Shown here piece by piece: positions 1 to 11,436 of a stretch of DNA of 64,000 nucleotides; position 1 is the first letter of the stretch; the number at the start of each line of letters is the position of its first letter. Below the pieces are notes generated by a model that saw only the letters and a program-made list of their open reading frames with translations, did no database searches and had not been told where the DNA came from. The translations under genes were made by a program, and so were the position numbers. Source of the stretch: Podarcis erhardii (taxonomy: Eukaryota); NCBI GenBank assembly GCA_964252035.1, contig OZ176205.1; one strand, given 5' to 3'.

Positions 1-1151
1 CAGACAGTGATTCTATAAGTCATTCAACCTGGATTACTGCTATGGCTATTTTAATGGGTATACAGAGACCTCTAGAGACACATAGAAGTGCCAGTTTGCT
101 TTAAGCCAACTGATGAACTTCCTGCCAGCATAACACTCCAAGAGCTTCTTACCCCTTACCTTTTGAACCCCTTCAATTGCCTGCCCAGCCCCATGCAAAT
201 CCTTCTACCCTGCAAACCTGCTGTGCAGCTATTCCCAATTTGGGGAGCAGGTGAATGAAGCCCTTCCAAAAACAACAGGGGAAGATCCTGCCAAGCACAT
301 TAAGCCTGTGCCCTGTGCCAAAGGCTAGGCAGGGAGAGCCAAGCTCTGTTCTCTGTGAGGCATTGAGACTATTTCTTTTGCTGAGTAAGTTTCTCTTGTA
401 GGAAGTAAATAGGGATCCCTGCAATGCTGGCGTGAGGCAATGCTGCAGCCTGCCTTGGCCAATAACCTTAGCCATCTCCTGAGTGTACATTCCAGAGTGG
501 AAATACCTCCTGTGTACTTAACCCAGATTTTGCCTCATTCTTTCAAAAGTCACCAAACAGGTGTGGTTGTTAAATTGCAACTATCGTTGTACAACTGGGA
601 CAGATTCAGCAGACTGTCTGCAGCTTAGTATCTGCTTACAGACTCACTGTGGAGTGGCAGCAACTTCATAGAGAGTCTACAATCCGTACAATCTGGCCAT
701 GCAGTGGCCAGTGAGGTAAGTGTTAGCACCTGCCTTCTGCCCATTTCTATTTGGTTTTTAGTCTCTGTATTCATCTTTATCACATGGCTGGTACATTTTG
801 GAATAAGGCCTACAGTGCTTTGCCTATAGCAAATGGATGCCCAAATGCGGGTTGTAGTATCTTCTATATTAGTCAAGAGGGTCTTTTTAAATCTGCTTCT
901 CTTTCCAATTTCTTTGGTTGGCTAAGCTAAATTAACACACGCTGCTCTCATGGAAAAAAATAAAATTAATATATAGTTGTGTAAAAGCCCATTATAAAAC
1001 CATTTACACTTTCATGGGAGCCTTACAAACAAATTAATAAACTATGTTGAATCACTTATGGCACCCTTTATCTCCTCTGTTATTTCTTTTGCAGAGAGTA
1101 TGAAGCCCTTTAAACTGAAATGTTTAAAGCTATTTGACTGCAGTCCTGCAT

Positions 1152-1279
1152 CAGGGATAGTCAATATGGTGCCCTCCAGATGTTGATGAACTCCAGCTCT
1201 AGTTAGTTCCAGCCAGCAAGATGAGGGATGAGAGTGTGAATACAGGCACATCTGGAAAGTACCACATTGGCTACCTCTG
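1152..1279. mobile_element. Short palindromic non-autonomous DNA element (MITE, hAT-like)
   Basis: Imperfect terminal inverted repeats CAGGGATAGTCAATATGGT / ACCACATTGGCTACCTCTG; internal CCCTCCAGATGTT...ACATCTGGA shared with other copies in the window. Confidence 0.6.
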
Positions 1280-2094
1280 GCCTGCATTTGTCTGCATTTT
1301 TGTTGCACTTTCAAAAATTACTTGCACTGTATCAATACTAAACCTTAAAGGAAAAGAAAAATTCAATACACACCTGAAGAATTGTGAGATCTAGTTACAA
1401 GGCAGTATTGTCCCAACCAAAAAGTACAACACAGTTACATTCCTACACTGTACGTTAATTTCAAAATTTCTATACGGGGAATTGGTTGATCATGTAGCAC
1501 TTATTCAAAGCCTTTCTGCTTACCACCAAATGTTTAAAACTCCACCTAGGTTTTCTCAACTATTTGCATGGGACTTCTTGGGAAAAAATACAGCCATAAT
1601 CCAAAGCTTTCCCAAACCACAACAATTAGAAAGACCAGAACATCTTACTTTGTGCTCCTTTCTTGTTCCTCTGGAAACAGTGAGGAGAAACAAAGACCCC
1701 AAATGCCACTGATCAAGCCCCCGAGAATGAGGCTATGTTTCACCTATTCAAAATACAGTCTTGGGAAGGGGAACATCTGGCCATTCAGTTTTTCATAGCA
1801 GTATAGCAGGGAATGGGATCAGCAGTCCACTCCTAATTTCTCTGTTGGTCTTCCTGGAGGCCAACAATCTGTTACTGTCTTGGGAGGTTTGCTTACATAA
1901 ATTTTAAACGTTTTAGTCAAGAATGGGACTACATGGGAGCATCTTGTGCTCCTGTCTTGGTGCTTCCATGCACAACGGGAAGCAAGTCATAAGGGGATAT
2001 AATGTGGCCTGTGATTTCTTACATCGCTCCTCCTTGTGTTTGGACTGTGACATCTCTGCAGTCTACAATTCCCCATGCCTTTAATATAGATAGA

Positions 2095-2615
2095 CTGGGC
2101 ATTACATAGCAGGACAGAATTCTAAAGAAAGATGTGCTCTCCCAAGCCCACATTCCCAGCATGCTCATACTTCTGTCTCAGCGACGTCTACTCTGCCACA
2201 GAACAGAAGATGGCAGGATCCCCAAGGACGTGCTCTAGGGGGAGCTGGCTTCAGGCACTAGGCCCATTGGCAGACCAATTCTGTGCTACAAAGATGTCTG
2301 CAAATGAGACATGAAGGCTGGCAACATCAACCCTGCCATGTGGGGGAATCCCTTGCAGATGACCTCTGTGCCTGGAGACGGGCAGTTAAGTCGTGTATTC
2401 ACAGCAGTGACCAGAGGAGAAATGACTGCTGGGAGGAGCACAGAGAGGAAAAATGCCGTGGTGCATTTGCAGCAGCACAACTGGATGCCTTCATTTGCTC
2501 CAGATGCAACAAAACTGATCTCTCCCACATCAGGCTCTACAGCCACAGCAGGCGCTGCAACCTTCCAACAGCTTGACCTCTCTCCTCCATTGTCTCCTGA
2601 GACAGATGGATGGAC
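2095..2615 (+). mobile_element. RTE-clade LINE, degenerate 3' end of ORF2 plus 3' UTR
   Basis: Translates with stops and a frameshift to LGIT*QDR..DVLSQAHIPSMLILLSQRRL..EDGRIPKDVL*GELASGTRPIGRP..YKDVCK*DMK then ESLADDLCAWRRAV..FICSRCNKTDLSHIRLYSHSRRC*, typical of the RTE ORF2 C-terminus; ends CCATTGTCTCCTGAGACAGATGGATG. Confidence 0.85.
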
Positions 2616-3200
2616 AGAATCAGCATGATCCAGATCCTGAAAAGCAGTCTGCTTGGCTTTCCAAGGATGCTTCCGCAGGATCAGTGAAGAACAACTGGAC
2701 TGTGGGCAAATCTTCTCCCGTTGTTTCTGACAGAAATAGGAGGAAGATGTTAGCAGGGTAAAAATAAACTCTGGAAATGTCTTTCCAGGTCATCTAGTTC
2801 CATTTCCCTGCCACCATGAAAGGATTGTTCCCTCCAGCAAGGAAGCTTTCTCAAAAGCACTCAGATGAATTAGTTTGCCTTTTAACAATGGCCAGATTGT
2901 GGGTAAACTCCATCCGATTTTAAATGCAAACCCATGGAGCAGGCATGCTTGCTGTTTGGCTGAAAATAAATGTCAAGTAATTTTAGCAGTTCTTTGAAAG
3001 CAAGCTCCATTTAAAATGACACAGTGTGGTATATTTGAGCCAGCTGGCTCAGAATTTCTCAAGTTGAATATCCCATTGTATACAAGCATCCTGAATAACA
3101 GGGACATGGACTAGGAACTTTAATTATCCCATGAGATTTGGGGGCTCTGTTTGCGTGCAGAGTGGTCTGTATTTAATGACTTGCATGCAGGTTAATGCAG

Positions 3201-3404
3201 AGAGCCAGTGTGGCAGTGTACAGTCTGGACTAGGCTTGGGCCACCAAAATCTGGGTTCAAATTCCTGCTCAGCTATGAAGCTTTGTTCTCAGCCTAACCT
3301 ACCTCCCAGGGCTATTGTGAAGATAAAATCAGGGGAGCAGGGAATGGTGTATGCAGTCTTGAGCTCTTTGGAGGGATGGCAGGATACAGGCATAAACAAA
3401 TAAA
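3201..3404 (+). mobile_element. Old MIR/Ther1-related SINE (Squam3A-like), internally deleted
   Basis: Head AGAGCCAGTGTGGC, B-box GGGTTCAAATTCC, core CTCAGCCTAACCTACCTCCCAGGGCTATTGTGAAGATAAAAT, A-rich tail. Confidence 0.75.
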
Positions 3405-3879
3405 TTCAATGCAGAATTTTGCAAGGAGGGGGTGGCTTGCAAGGACCTGAGACTGCAGCCTAATTCCTGCTAGCACTGATTCGAGATTAACACAAATACT
3501 TTCCCAATTTGTTGCGAGTGAGTTTCAGGAACTGTGCACATCCACAAATTTATGATGATGTATCAGTTCCCATTGTTCATTGTGTTTAGCCCATATAGCA
3601 ATTTTTTGAATTGTTCTTTGGAAGTAATAGATGGTTAACTAAATTTGGGGAAAGGAAGAGAAGTCAAGCACAAGGAACTTTTATATCAACATCACATTCA
3701 GGAAATGCTCCTTTCAAATTATTGTGGGACTTGCTTCTTAATCCTCCAGCCACAAGTGTAATTTGGGATTTCAAGTTTTGACGTTCTTCACTTTGATGTC
3801 TTTTCATTAGAAATCTTTCATAGTACATTTGTATGTTATATTAATAAAACATTTGTGCCAAGAAGATTTTGAGGGGGCA

Positions 3880-4143
3880 GAAGAAGAAGAAGAAGAAGAA
3901 GAAGAGCTTGGATTTGATATCCCGCCTTTCACTCCCTTTAAGGAGTCTCAAAGCGGCTAACATTCTCCTTTCCCTTCCTCCCCCACAACAAACACTCTGT
4001 GAGGTGAGTGGGGCTGAGAGACTTCAAAGAAGTGTGCCTGGCCCAAGGTCACCCAGCAGCTGCATGTGGAGGAGCGGAGACACGAACCCGGTTCCCCAGA
4101 TTATGAGACTACCGCTCTTAACCACTAAACCACACTGGCTCTC
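3880..4143 (-). mobile_element. Young Squam3-type tRNA-derived SINE with (TTC)8 tail
   Basis: Minus strand starts GAGAGCCAGTGTGGTTTAGTGGTTAAGAGC (A box) and GGTTCGTGTCTCC (B box), ends GATATCAAATCCAAGCTC(TTC)n; near-identical to the copy at 49504-49777. Confidence 0.9.
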
Positions 4144-4493
4144 AAGAAGAAAGCTGTAGTGTGTGGTTTCTTGGACAATGACTGACCTCCTATATATGTT
4201 GGTAAGGGAAAAGTAGATAATAAAGGAGAATTCCTGAATGACAAAATCCAAGTTTGGGGCAAGTACTCTTTGGTGCGATCTAAAATCTCAAAACATGCAA
4301 CGAAGTAAAGTGTGGGAACTTGGCTTACATTGGTGAAAGTTCCTAAATTATTGGACACAAGAGAAGCTTGCTAGAACCATGTGTCCTGAGATTGGAACAA
4401 ACAGGGCTGGATCTAGACACGTCAAATAAGTGATTCAGTTAAATGCATCGTAAACTCATACAGGGAAATCTGGTAGGGAAAGACAGGACTCCA

Positions 4494-4510
4494 CAGCGCC
4501 ATCTGGTGTC
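4494..4510 (-). promoter_or_regulatory. Candidate CTCF site
   Basis: Minus strand GACACCAGATGGCGCTG matches 13/14 of CCASYAGRKGGCRS; about 1.3 kb upstream of the CpG-rich promoter. Confidence 0.5.
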
Positions 4511-4708
4511 ACAGTGTTCTATCGCATGTACAACATGTATAAACACTTTTTCTTTACCAATCTAGCTGAGTCCCAGTTTAGACCTCACAGGTTAAGCTTT
4601 TCAGGTGTACTGGAGGAACAAAGTCTTGATTACCTAGTCCATTCCAAGGTGAGCTAATCCTGGCAGGACAATGTACTGTACTCTATGGCATTAACCCCTT
4701 CAAGCATT

Positions 4709-4763
4709 AATTAGACTTAAGCATGATGGTTATGAATTAGACTTAAGCGTGAGGCTGGTTATC
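4709..4763. repeat. 26-bp local tandem duplication
   Basis: AATTAGACTTAAGCATGATGGTTATG followed by AATTAGACTTAAGCGTGAGGCTGGTTAT. Confidence 0.8.
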
Positions 4764-4992
4764 CCACACTGTAGACCTCTGGCTGATCATGTTCCTCTGT
4801 GGGTGTTTTTTTTAACCTCTTTTCCCTTTCTTCTGTAAAATAAAAGGTGATGTGCATTAATTAACTGCTATTTATTCAGTCAATCTCTTTATAATTATTA
4901 ATTGATTGAGTAACAAAGCCATATTGTTTGGAACGTTCAATTGTTTAAGCACTTGATGAATTAACCCAGTTATCATTTATCAAGTAATTACG

Positions 4993-5170
4993 GCTGCAAT
5001 CCTATGCACTTTTACCCGGGAGTAAGCCCTATTGAATAAAATGGAACATACTTCTGAGTCTACATGCAAAGGATGACATTATATGGCTGCAACCCTAATT
5101 TAATCTCTCTGGGAGTAAGCACCACTGAACTTAATGGGACTTCAATCTGAGTAGACACGCATAGGTTTTT
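4993..5170 (+). mobile_element. Two tandem copies of a short squamate palindromic repeat (GCTGCAATCCT...AGTAAG...AGGATTGC type)
   Basis: Both start GGCTGCAA(T/C)CCTA and share GGGAGTAAGC..TGAA..AATGG; related fragments near 7845-7882 and 10725-10807. Confidence 0.6.
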
Positions 5171-5409
5171 GTTACAAATGAAATAATAAACCTTAATAAC
5201 TTTTTAAAAAGAAAAACCAAGTTGAGAGTGCTTTGCAGATTCCCAAGGCTTTGCAATTTTCAGATTTAACATTTAAATAGCTCACCCACTTTGATTCATA
5301 AATTTGAGACACCTAATTTCTCTCTCCTTCTCCCAGCATACCCGCCCACCCCCAGCAAATTACTTTAAAACTTATGAATGAGAAGCTTCAGTGCAATGCT
5401 GCTTCTTTT

Positions 5410-5412
<3 letters not shown>

Positions 5413-5463
<51 letters not shown>
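5413..5463. repeat. (AAT)17 microsatellite
   Basis: Direct read. Confidence 0.98.
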
Positions 5464-5549
5464 TTATCTATGCACCTTCTGGAATACTGCTTCTCCCTTA
5501 GCAACGTAAAAGCACTTTCCCAAAGCGAAGATAAATGGAATGTCAGTTT

Positions 5550-5840
5550 GACGCCCCTCGCCTGAGCATTTAATCGGCTTTTGTTGCAGACTTTGCGTGG
5601 CTGGGAACGGCGTGTGGGTTTGCTTTTGACAGGTCCCTGCCTCGCTCTTTCCCTGGCACGATTGTCTTGGAGCGTCTCTCCAGTTTTCCGGCGCGCAGCT
5701 AGAGGGCTGCCTTAGCTATTACTAAGCGAGCACAGAGGGGTGGCGAGAGAGAGAGAGAGAGAGAGAGGAGACTGAATGGGTGTGTGTGTATGCGTGTGTT
5801 TATATATGACTGGCCCAACCTGCAGTTTCAGATTTCAGAC
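5550..5840 (+). promoter_or_regulatory. CpG-enriched promoter with (GA)11, GT run, TATA box and Initiator
   Basis: Dense CpGs against a CpG-poor background (e.g. TTCCGGCGCGC); TATATAT at 5801-5807; Inr-matching TCAGATT at 5828-5834 with A5830 29 nt after the first T of the TATA. Confidence 0.65.
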
Positions 5841-6114
5841 CTACTTTATCACTCTTCTAGTTCCTGCTAGCCTTTGGATGTTGCACGCTGCCTTTTCGCT
5901 GACGGATCTCCCGGGACGGAGGAAGAAGCTGTGAGCGCTTCTCTTCTCCTTTACTTTCTCATTTCTTCAGCAAGAGTTTTTCCCGCTCCCCCCGCCCCAC
6001 CCAGCTGTCTTTTACCCAACCTCCACGTTGGACCCTGCCCTGCAAGAGGCTTATTTTTATTTTTAACCTCCTCGCGTCTCAGCACTGAGGGATGCTGCCG
6101 CCTCTTCCTTGAAG
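5830..6114 (+). other. Candidate non-coding first exon (5' UTR) with two uORFs
   Basis: Follows TATA/Inr and stays CpG-rich; ends AAG|GTAAAT; uORFs at 5878-5934 (MLHAAFSLTDLPGRRKKL*) and 6092-6112 (MLPPLP*). Confidence 0.55.
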
Positions 6115-7267
6115 GTAAATCCAGGTGTTCCGTTTGTTGACGGTTGTACTTTTTGACTTCACAAAAAGATAGACTCTTGCTGCTTCTCCGGACTGTGTGA
6201 TCCAGCCAGCCAGCAGGGTTTAGGTGTGCTTGTCAGCTAGTTTTTATACACCCGGTGGTGGTGACAAAAGATGGCAGGAAATGGCAGGTGTGTTTAAACA
6301 ACTGCGGCTAGTCCTCATGGATGCGAGTCCGGATTGGGGTTTGATGTGCCCAGAACCTTCAGTGTTATCTAGAGATGAACTTAAGCTCTAGTAATACAAC
6401 CAAGAGTGTTTGAAAACTGCTCAAGGCAGGGGTCAGAGCTTGGAGGTGGAAGCCGCGGCATTTTTGCAGTTCCTTCCCTGCTGCTTTGCTTTTAAAATAA
6501 TATGTGCTTTGTATGCTATTGAATGCCAGCTTGATGTAAGTTCTAAGACTCCCGGCCTTGGTTTTTGCACCTGAATCCTTGCATTGTTTGTTCAGTAGCT
6601 TTGGAAGTTGCTTAACACACACACAAGGCATTTGTGTGCTCAGCACTAAAGGGACTCTTTTGGGGGGCTGCAGGAGGTGACCCCGCAGTGAAGATCTTGG
6701 ATAACTGAAGGCAGCACAGAGTGATGTGGTTCTCTTTTTTACTATGTGTGGTTGCATATGAGCTTTTGTTGGGGGGTATTGCTGCTGTACAAATGGCATT
6801 TGTCTAGTTTGCCAGCAATAGATGGGATAGTTTCAGCTGAAGCTTGTTGAAAGGATGGAAATGCTCCAGTATCTGTTCCCAAGAGTCAACGGGCTTTTGC
6901 CCTAATGGGGTTGGTCCAGTGATTTTTGACAGCTGACCTTGCTGTGCAGGGTTTTTACAGGTGCCTTTCAAGTGACACACTCCCCGTCGATATACCTGCT
7001 TTGTACCCGTGTGTTCAGATTACTGGTGCATTGGGTTTATACCCATATGGGAGGTTACCTGAAACTGTACCTATCTGGCTGGCACACTGCCATCATGATC
7101 AGGAAGTGGAATTCAAAATTTGTTGCTGCACAGAGTCTGTCGCCTTGAAATATGTTAGCGTTTCCCGGGCAAAATGTGTAACTGTAAACATATACACATT
7201 CTCTTTTCTTTTTTTCTTTTTTTTGAAGTTTTTAATGTGTGACATTTTAATGTATTTTTATTATTAT

Positions 7268-7515
7268 TTTTTTATAATATATTTATTAGCAATTTTTTAA
7301 TTTAGTTACAATTCCAATAAACAATACAATATAACATATCTTTTAACATAGTCTTCTTAACTTCTTTGGACTCCCTCACATCCCCCGCTCCTGCGTTCCT
7401 AGCCAAAAGAAAGGTTTCCCAGCAAATTTATTCCCTTATTTCCATTCTTATTATCTAATTTTCCAATATTATATCTCTAAAGTAAACATATACACATTCT
7501 CAACTAAATGTAAAA
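7268..7515 (-). mobile_element. L1-type LINE 3' UTR fragment
   Basis: Minus strand poly(A) signal (plus TTTATTAG) beside a T-rich tail; GGACTCCCTCACATCCCCC resembles the reverse complement of the L1 3' UTR at about 59520. Confidence 0.55.
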
Positions 7516-8008
7516 GGGGCTTTTTGGGTTTTAGGGAAATGCATATTAGTGAATGGATTACTTGATGCCGTGTGTCACCAGGCCCTTGTTGATGTGCTCA
7601 CTGCCCCAAACTATTCAATGCTTTATTCACCATGTTCCACAATAAAATACCTATTTTTCATCTGAAATGTGAGGGGGCATTCCTGATAGCTGATAGCTGA
7701 GAACACACAGACTCTGGTTATAGATTCTGTCAGTGAGTTAATCTGTGGCAAGGCTGATGCTGGGGGACTCTGCCTTTGGAGCAAAAGGTAGGACTGGCAG
7801 TGTGATCCAATGCATGTTTGCTCTGGCATTAGTCCCACTGCAATCACAACTCTCCCAGGTAAGTGCGTATAGGATTGCAACTTTAATTTTATTTACCCGT
7901 TCAGGTCTACAGTTTTTATTTTTGAAAATTATACTATAGGCACCCCAAACCAAGCACCTACTGCCATTGACTCCAGTGAAAGTGATGTAAGCACTTGCTT
8001 AGCCATCC

Positions 8009-8047
8009 AGAATCATAAAATTGTAGAGTTGGAAGGGACCCAAAGGG
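8009..8047 (-). mobile_element. CR1 3' tail fragment
   Basis: AGAATCATAAAATTGTAGAGTTGGAAGGGACC, reverse of the CR1 terminus seen at 12280-12302. Confidence 0.7.
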
Positions 8048-9663
8048 CTTAACTTTGCCTGGATTGCACCCTTTGTGTTTTGTTTTCTTGCTGCTTTCGT
8101 GTGATTGTTAGCTTTGCTTGTAAGTTGCCCCGAGAACCTAATGGCAAAGCAACTAATATATATGATTAATAAATGAATACAGTAACTATGATTTGATACT
8201 GTTGTCATCTACAGACGTGTACTCTGAGCAAAAGAAATATTTCTAGCCTAGTGAACAATGCCAGTGACTAAATCCTGAGATAAAAGGCAGAGGTCTCTCT
8301 TTGAACAGCTTTTTCAGAAGATGTTTTACAGCAGGGAGAAATACTACATTCCTAGCAAGTTTCTTAAAAAGTGAATATGAAATCTGGGTTTGAAATGCAT
8401 GTGTCATAGGGAAAGATGTCCACAACCATACACAACATCTGCAGTCATACAGCCAAATCAAAGTGAAAACTTACTGGCCTGTGTCAACATTATGACAGAA
8501 GATCGGTGCCCAAGTGTGCCCACTTAATGGTACAATGCCAACTCTCTTTAAGGTGCTTCATGTTGCTGGTGTGTACTGATTTATTCATTTTTTAATCTAC
8601 TGCTTTACCTGCCATGGTACTTACTTGAAATCTGTTGGACAACTTTGTTTTCAAAATTGGTATTTTGGAACTGAGATGGCCCTGATGCAATTTAGAATGT
8701 CACATCTTATATGAAAACATGCTTTTTCAGCTGTAAAAAAATGAATTTGAAGTTGAGATTTCAAAACCTTGGTGGGGCATACCATGAGACTGCATGGATA
8801 CAGGATTTGCTCATTAACATGTCAACTTGGGTGTCTTAAAGACTTTAGATATAAAATAAGAGGGTTTAATTGTCCTCTAATGAACATTGGAAAACGTTTG
8901 AGATACCAAATATCTTAGTGGATGTTGTTGAGGAAATGGCACTCTTAGATCTACAAAATCTCAGAGGATTTATTGTGAGCATCAGGGTTTGCAAGTTTGT
9001 CTCCATTGGGCCTAGGTGCATTCATATGAATGTCCTGCAGAGTGCTTCCTTTCTATGCTGCAACCAACACACTGAATAGTGATATAATGCTGAACCAAGA
9101 CATACTTAAGAGCTGAGAGGTTGTGTTATGAAGTTTTTGGGTCCTGTCTCTTTGCCACGATCATCAAGAAATGATATCCAGGCATGCTAGGCAGACAAAG
9201 AGAGCAAGGCTATGTACAGTATATAGGGATGAGCTTGGTTCTCTGTGGCTCACTTGGAATTCTGTATCACAATTTTGTGTTTGTGGTTGGGGATGGGACA
9301 GACCTACGGTTTGCAAAACCTACTAGTCTTGGGTTTCATCTCCTTTACAGCTGGAGGGCATCATTCATTATGCAGAAGTGCCATTTGGGTGATGGTGGGT
9401 AGGAGAATCACATCCAAGTTCCTAAGGCAAGCTTGCATGCATTCAGTGCAGAAATAAAGAAATAAAGGAAAGGGGGAGCAGTTTATCGTAATAGCAAGTG
9501 GTGGGTGCTGTGTCTTGATAGTTTATTATAACTATAGCAATGATATCAAAACAGGTTAAGCAAACATTTTTCTTCCCTCCCCACAAGCAAAGAGATTTGT
9601 ACCTTACCTAGTACTGTGTTTAGAGCTAGAGCATTAGCCACTTAAAAGTGTTCATGAAGAAGA

Positions 9664-9916
9664 TTAAAAAGGATTCGGCAAATTAATGGAGAACAAGACT
9701 ATCAACAGCTCCTAGCCATGATGGCTATGTTCCATGTCCACGATCAGAGGCAATATGTTGCTGAATACCAGTTACTCAGCATTGCAGGTGGGCAGTGTGC
9801 TGTGGCCCACATGTCCTGCTTGCTGGCTTTCCCTAGGCATCTGGCTGGCCACTGTGAGAACAGGATGCAGGACTAGATGGGCCATTGGCCTGATCCAGCA
9901 GGCCCTTCTTGTGGTC
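9664..9916 (+). mobile_element. CR1 (L3) 3' UTR fragment, second subfamily
   Basis: GGCATCTGGCTGGCCACTGTGAGAACAGGATGCAGGACTAGATGGGCCATTGGCCTGATCCAGCA; reverse-complement copies at 43935, 49983 and 53451. Confidence 0.8.
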
Positions 9917-10003
9917 TCAACTCTTGTGTGTTTGTTTGAATGCATACGTACGTAAATGTGCAGGGTGACTATGCACCCCAGTCTCTCCAGCCCTAACCTT
10001 GTA

Positions 10004-10245
10004 CAGTGGTACCTCAGGTTACAGGCACTTCAGGTTACAGACACTTCAGGTTACAGACTCCGCTAACCCAGAAATAGTACCTCAGGTTAAGAACTTTGCT
10101 TCAGGATGAGAACAGAAATCGTGCTCCGGCAGCGCAGCGGCAGCGGGAGGCCCCATTAGCTAAAGTGGTACCTCAGGTTAAGAACAGTTTCAGGTTAAGT
10201 ACGGACCTCCGGAACGAATTAAGTACTTAACCCAAGGTACCACTG
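10004..10245 (+). mobile_element. Tc1/mariner-superfamily (Tigger/pogo-like) MITE
   Basis: TIRs CAGTGGTACCT / AGGTACCACTG flanked by TA on both sides (10002-3, 10246-7); copies at 30870 and 52441. Confidence 0.9.
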
Positions 10246-11436
10246 TATTAATTTTCATACTGCTCCAATACCATTTCATAATGAAAACTTCCATCTGAAC
10301 TGGGAGCTGCTGAAAAAGCCCATTACAGGTCTTGGCTGCTGTGACAATGGGAGAGGAGCTAGACTGGAAGGTTTTTGACATCCTGCTTCTGCACGCTTGA
10401 CACACAGAAGCCATACAAATCAGGAACTAGTAAGCCAATCCCCTTTTGTCGATTGCTGGCTGTCAGGGCCAGAAAGAGAATTTGAAAGGTAAGCTGCTTT
10501 CTATCTGTACACTCAAAGCTCCTGGTTTGCATTTTATGTTTAGAACTGAGTGTAGGAATTCTCTAATATTATTCAAATTTGCCAATTCTTAAGAAAGGCT
10601 AACTTTTTGGGGGGGGAGGGGGGAGAAAATCCAATAATATTTAGTCCCTCAGTGAATGCAGCCTGTCTGGCTTGGATTTTTCATTTTGTTCCAGACACAA
10701 TACATATCCTAGAAAGCTAACAGACCAATCTTAAAATGTCTACTTGGAAGTAAGCCCCATTGATTTCAGTGAGATTTAACTCCACGGAAATCCTTCTAGG
10801 ATTGCAGTTTAAGCAAATAAGTGAAAACATATTTAATGTCACAGTGTAAAGCACACATAATTACTTTTAGAGGGCTGATTCATTTATTTTAAATATTGGA
10901 ATCTCCAGTTGTCTTGGCATCTGAAAAAGAAAAGTTACATGATGCCAATTTTACAGGTTAATCAGCTTGGACTTCGATCAACATTAATTCACCCAACCTC
11001 TCCCACTTTTTAATCAATCTGCTCAGTTGCAATCACTCCCTTTGCCTTAATTGAGCTTGCAATTAAACCTAATTTCCTCTCTGGAAAATGCCCCCACTCC
11101 TATAAAAGTTACTGATTTTGCAGGCTGGGTTGAACTAAATCAGTCCTCACCCCCATCCATACTCATGGGAAGCTAGAGGGGTGTGTGGAATGTGTTTCAG
11201 CAGGGCTGGTTAATGCCTTGATGGCTACCTGCCTGTTGCAGCTCCGAATTTATCAATATGCTTATTGACACAGTGTTAGTCCCTCGGTTCCAAAGGCTGG
11301 ATAGGATTTCCACATAATCTGACCCAGGAATGGCATTCTTGGCAAAAAAGAGAGAAAATAATCTAGAAGATAGATTTTTGGGACTCCCCTCCCTCTGGAT
11401 CTTCCTTGATTGGCTACCACCAGGTAAATGAACTGG

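Noticed and set aside
642-715. Possible 74-nt exon (TTACAG acceptor, GAG|GTAAGT donor, one open frame SLWSGSNFIESLQSVQSGHAVASE)
   Set aside because: No recognisable protein and no partner exon; splice-like pairs of this quality arise by chance.
2132-2761. Cluster of overlapping ORFs on both strands as a host exon
   Set aside because: Mostly explained by a decayed RTE ORF2; all frames from the best acceptor (2182) close quickly.
6078-6100. REST/NRSE site in exon 1 (TCAGCACTGAGGGATGC)
   Set aside because: Only the left half matches; the GGACAG half is absent. The same applies to TTCAGCACC near 49044.
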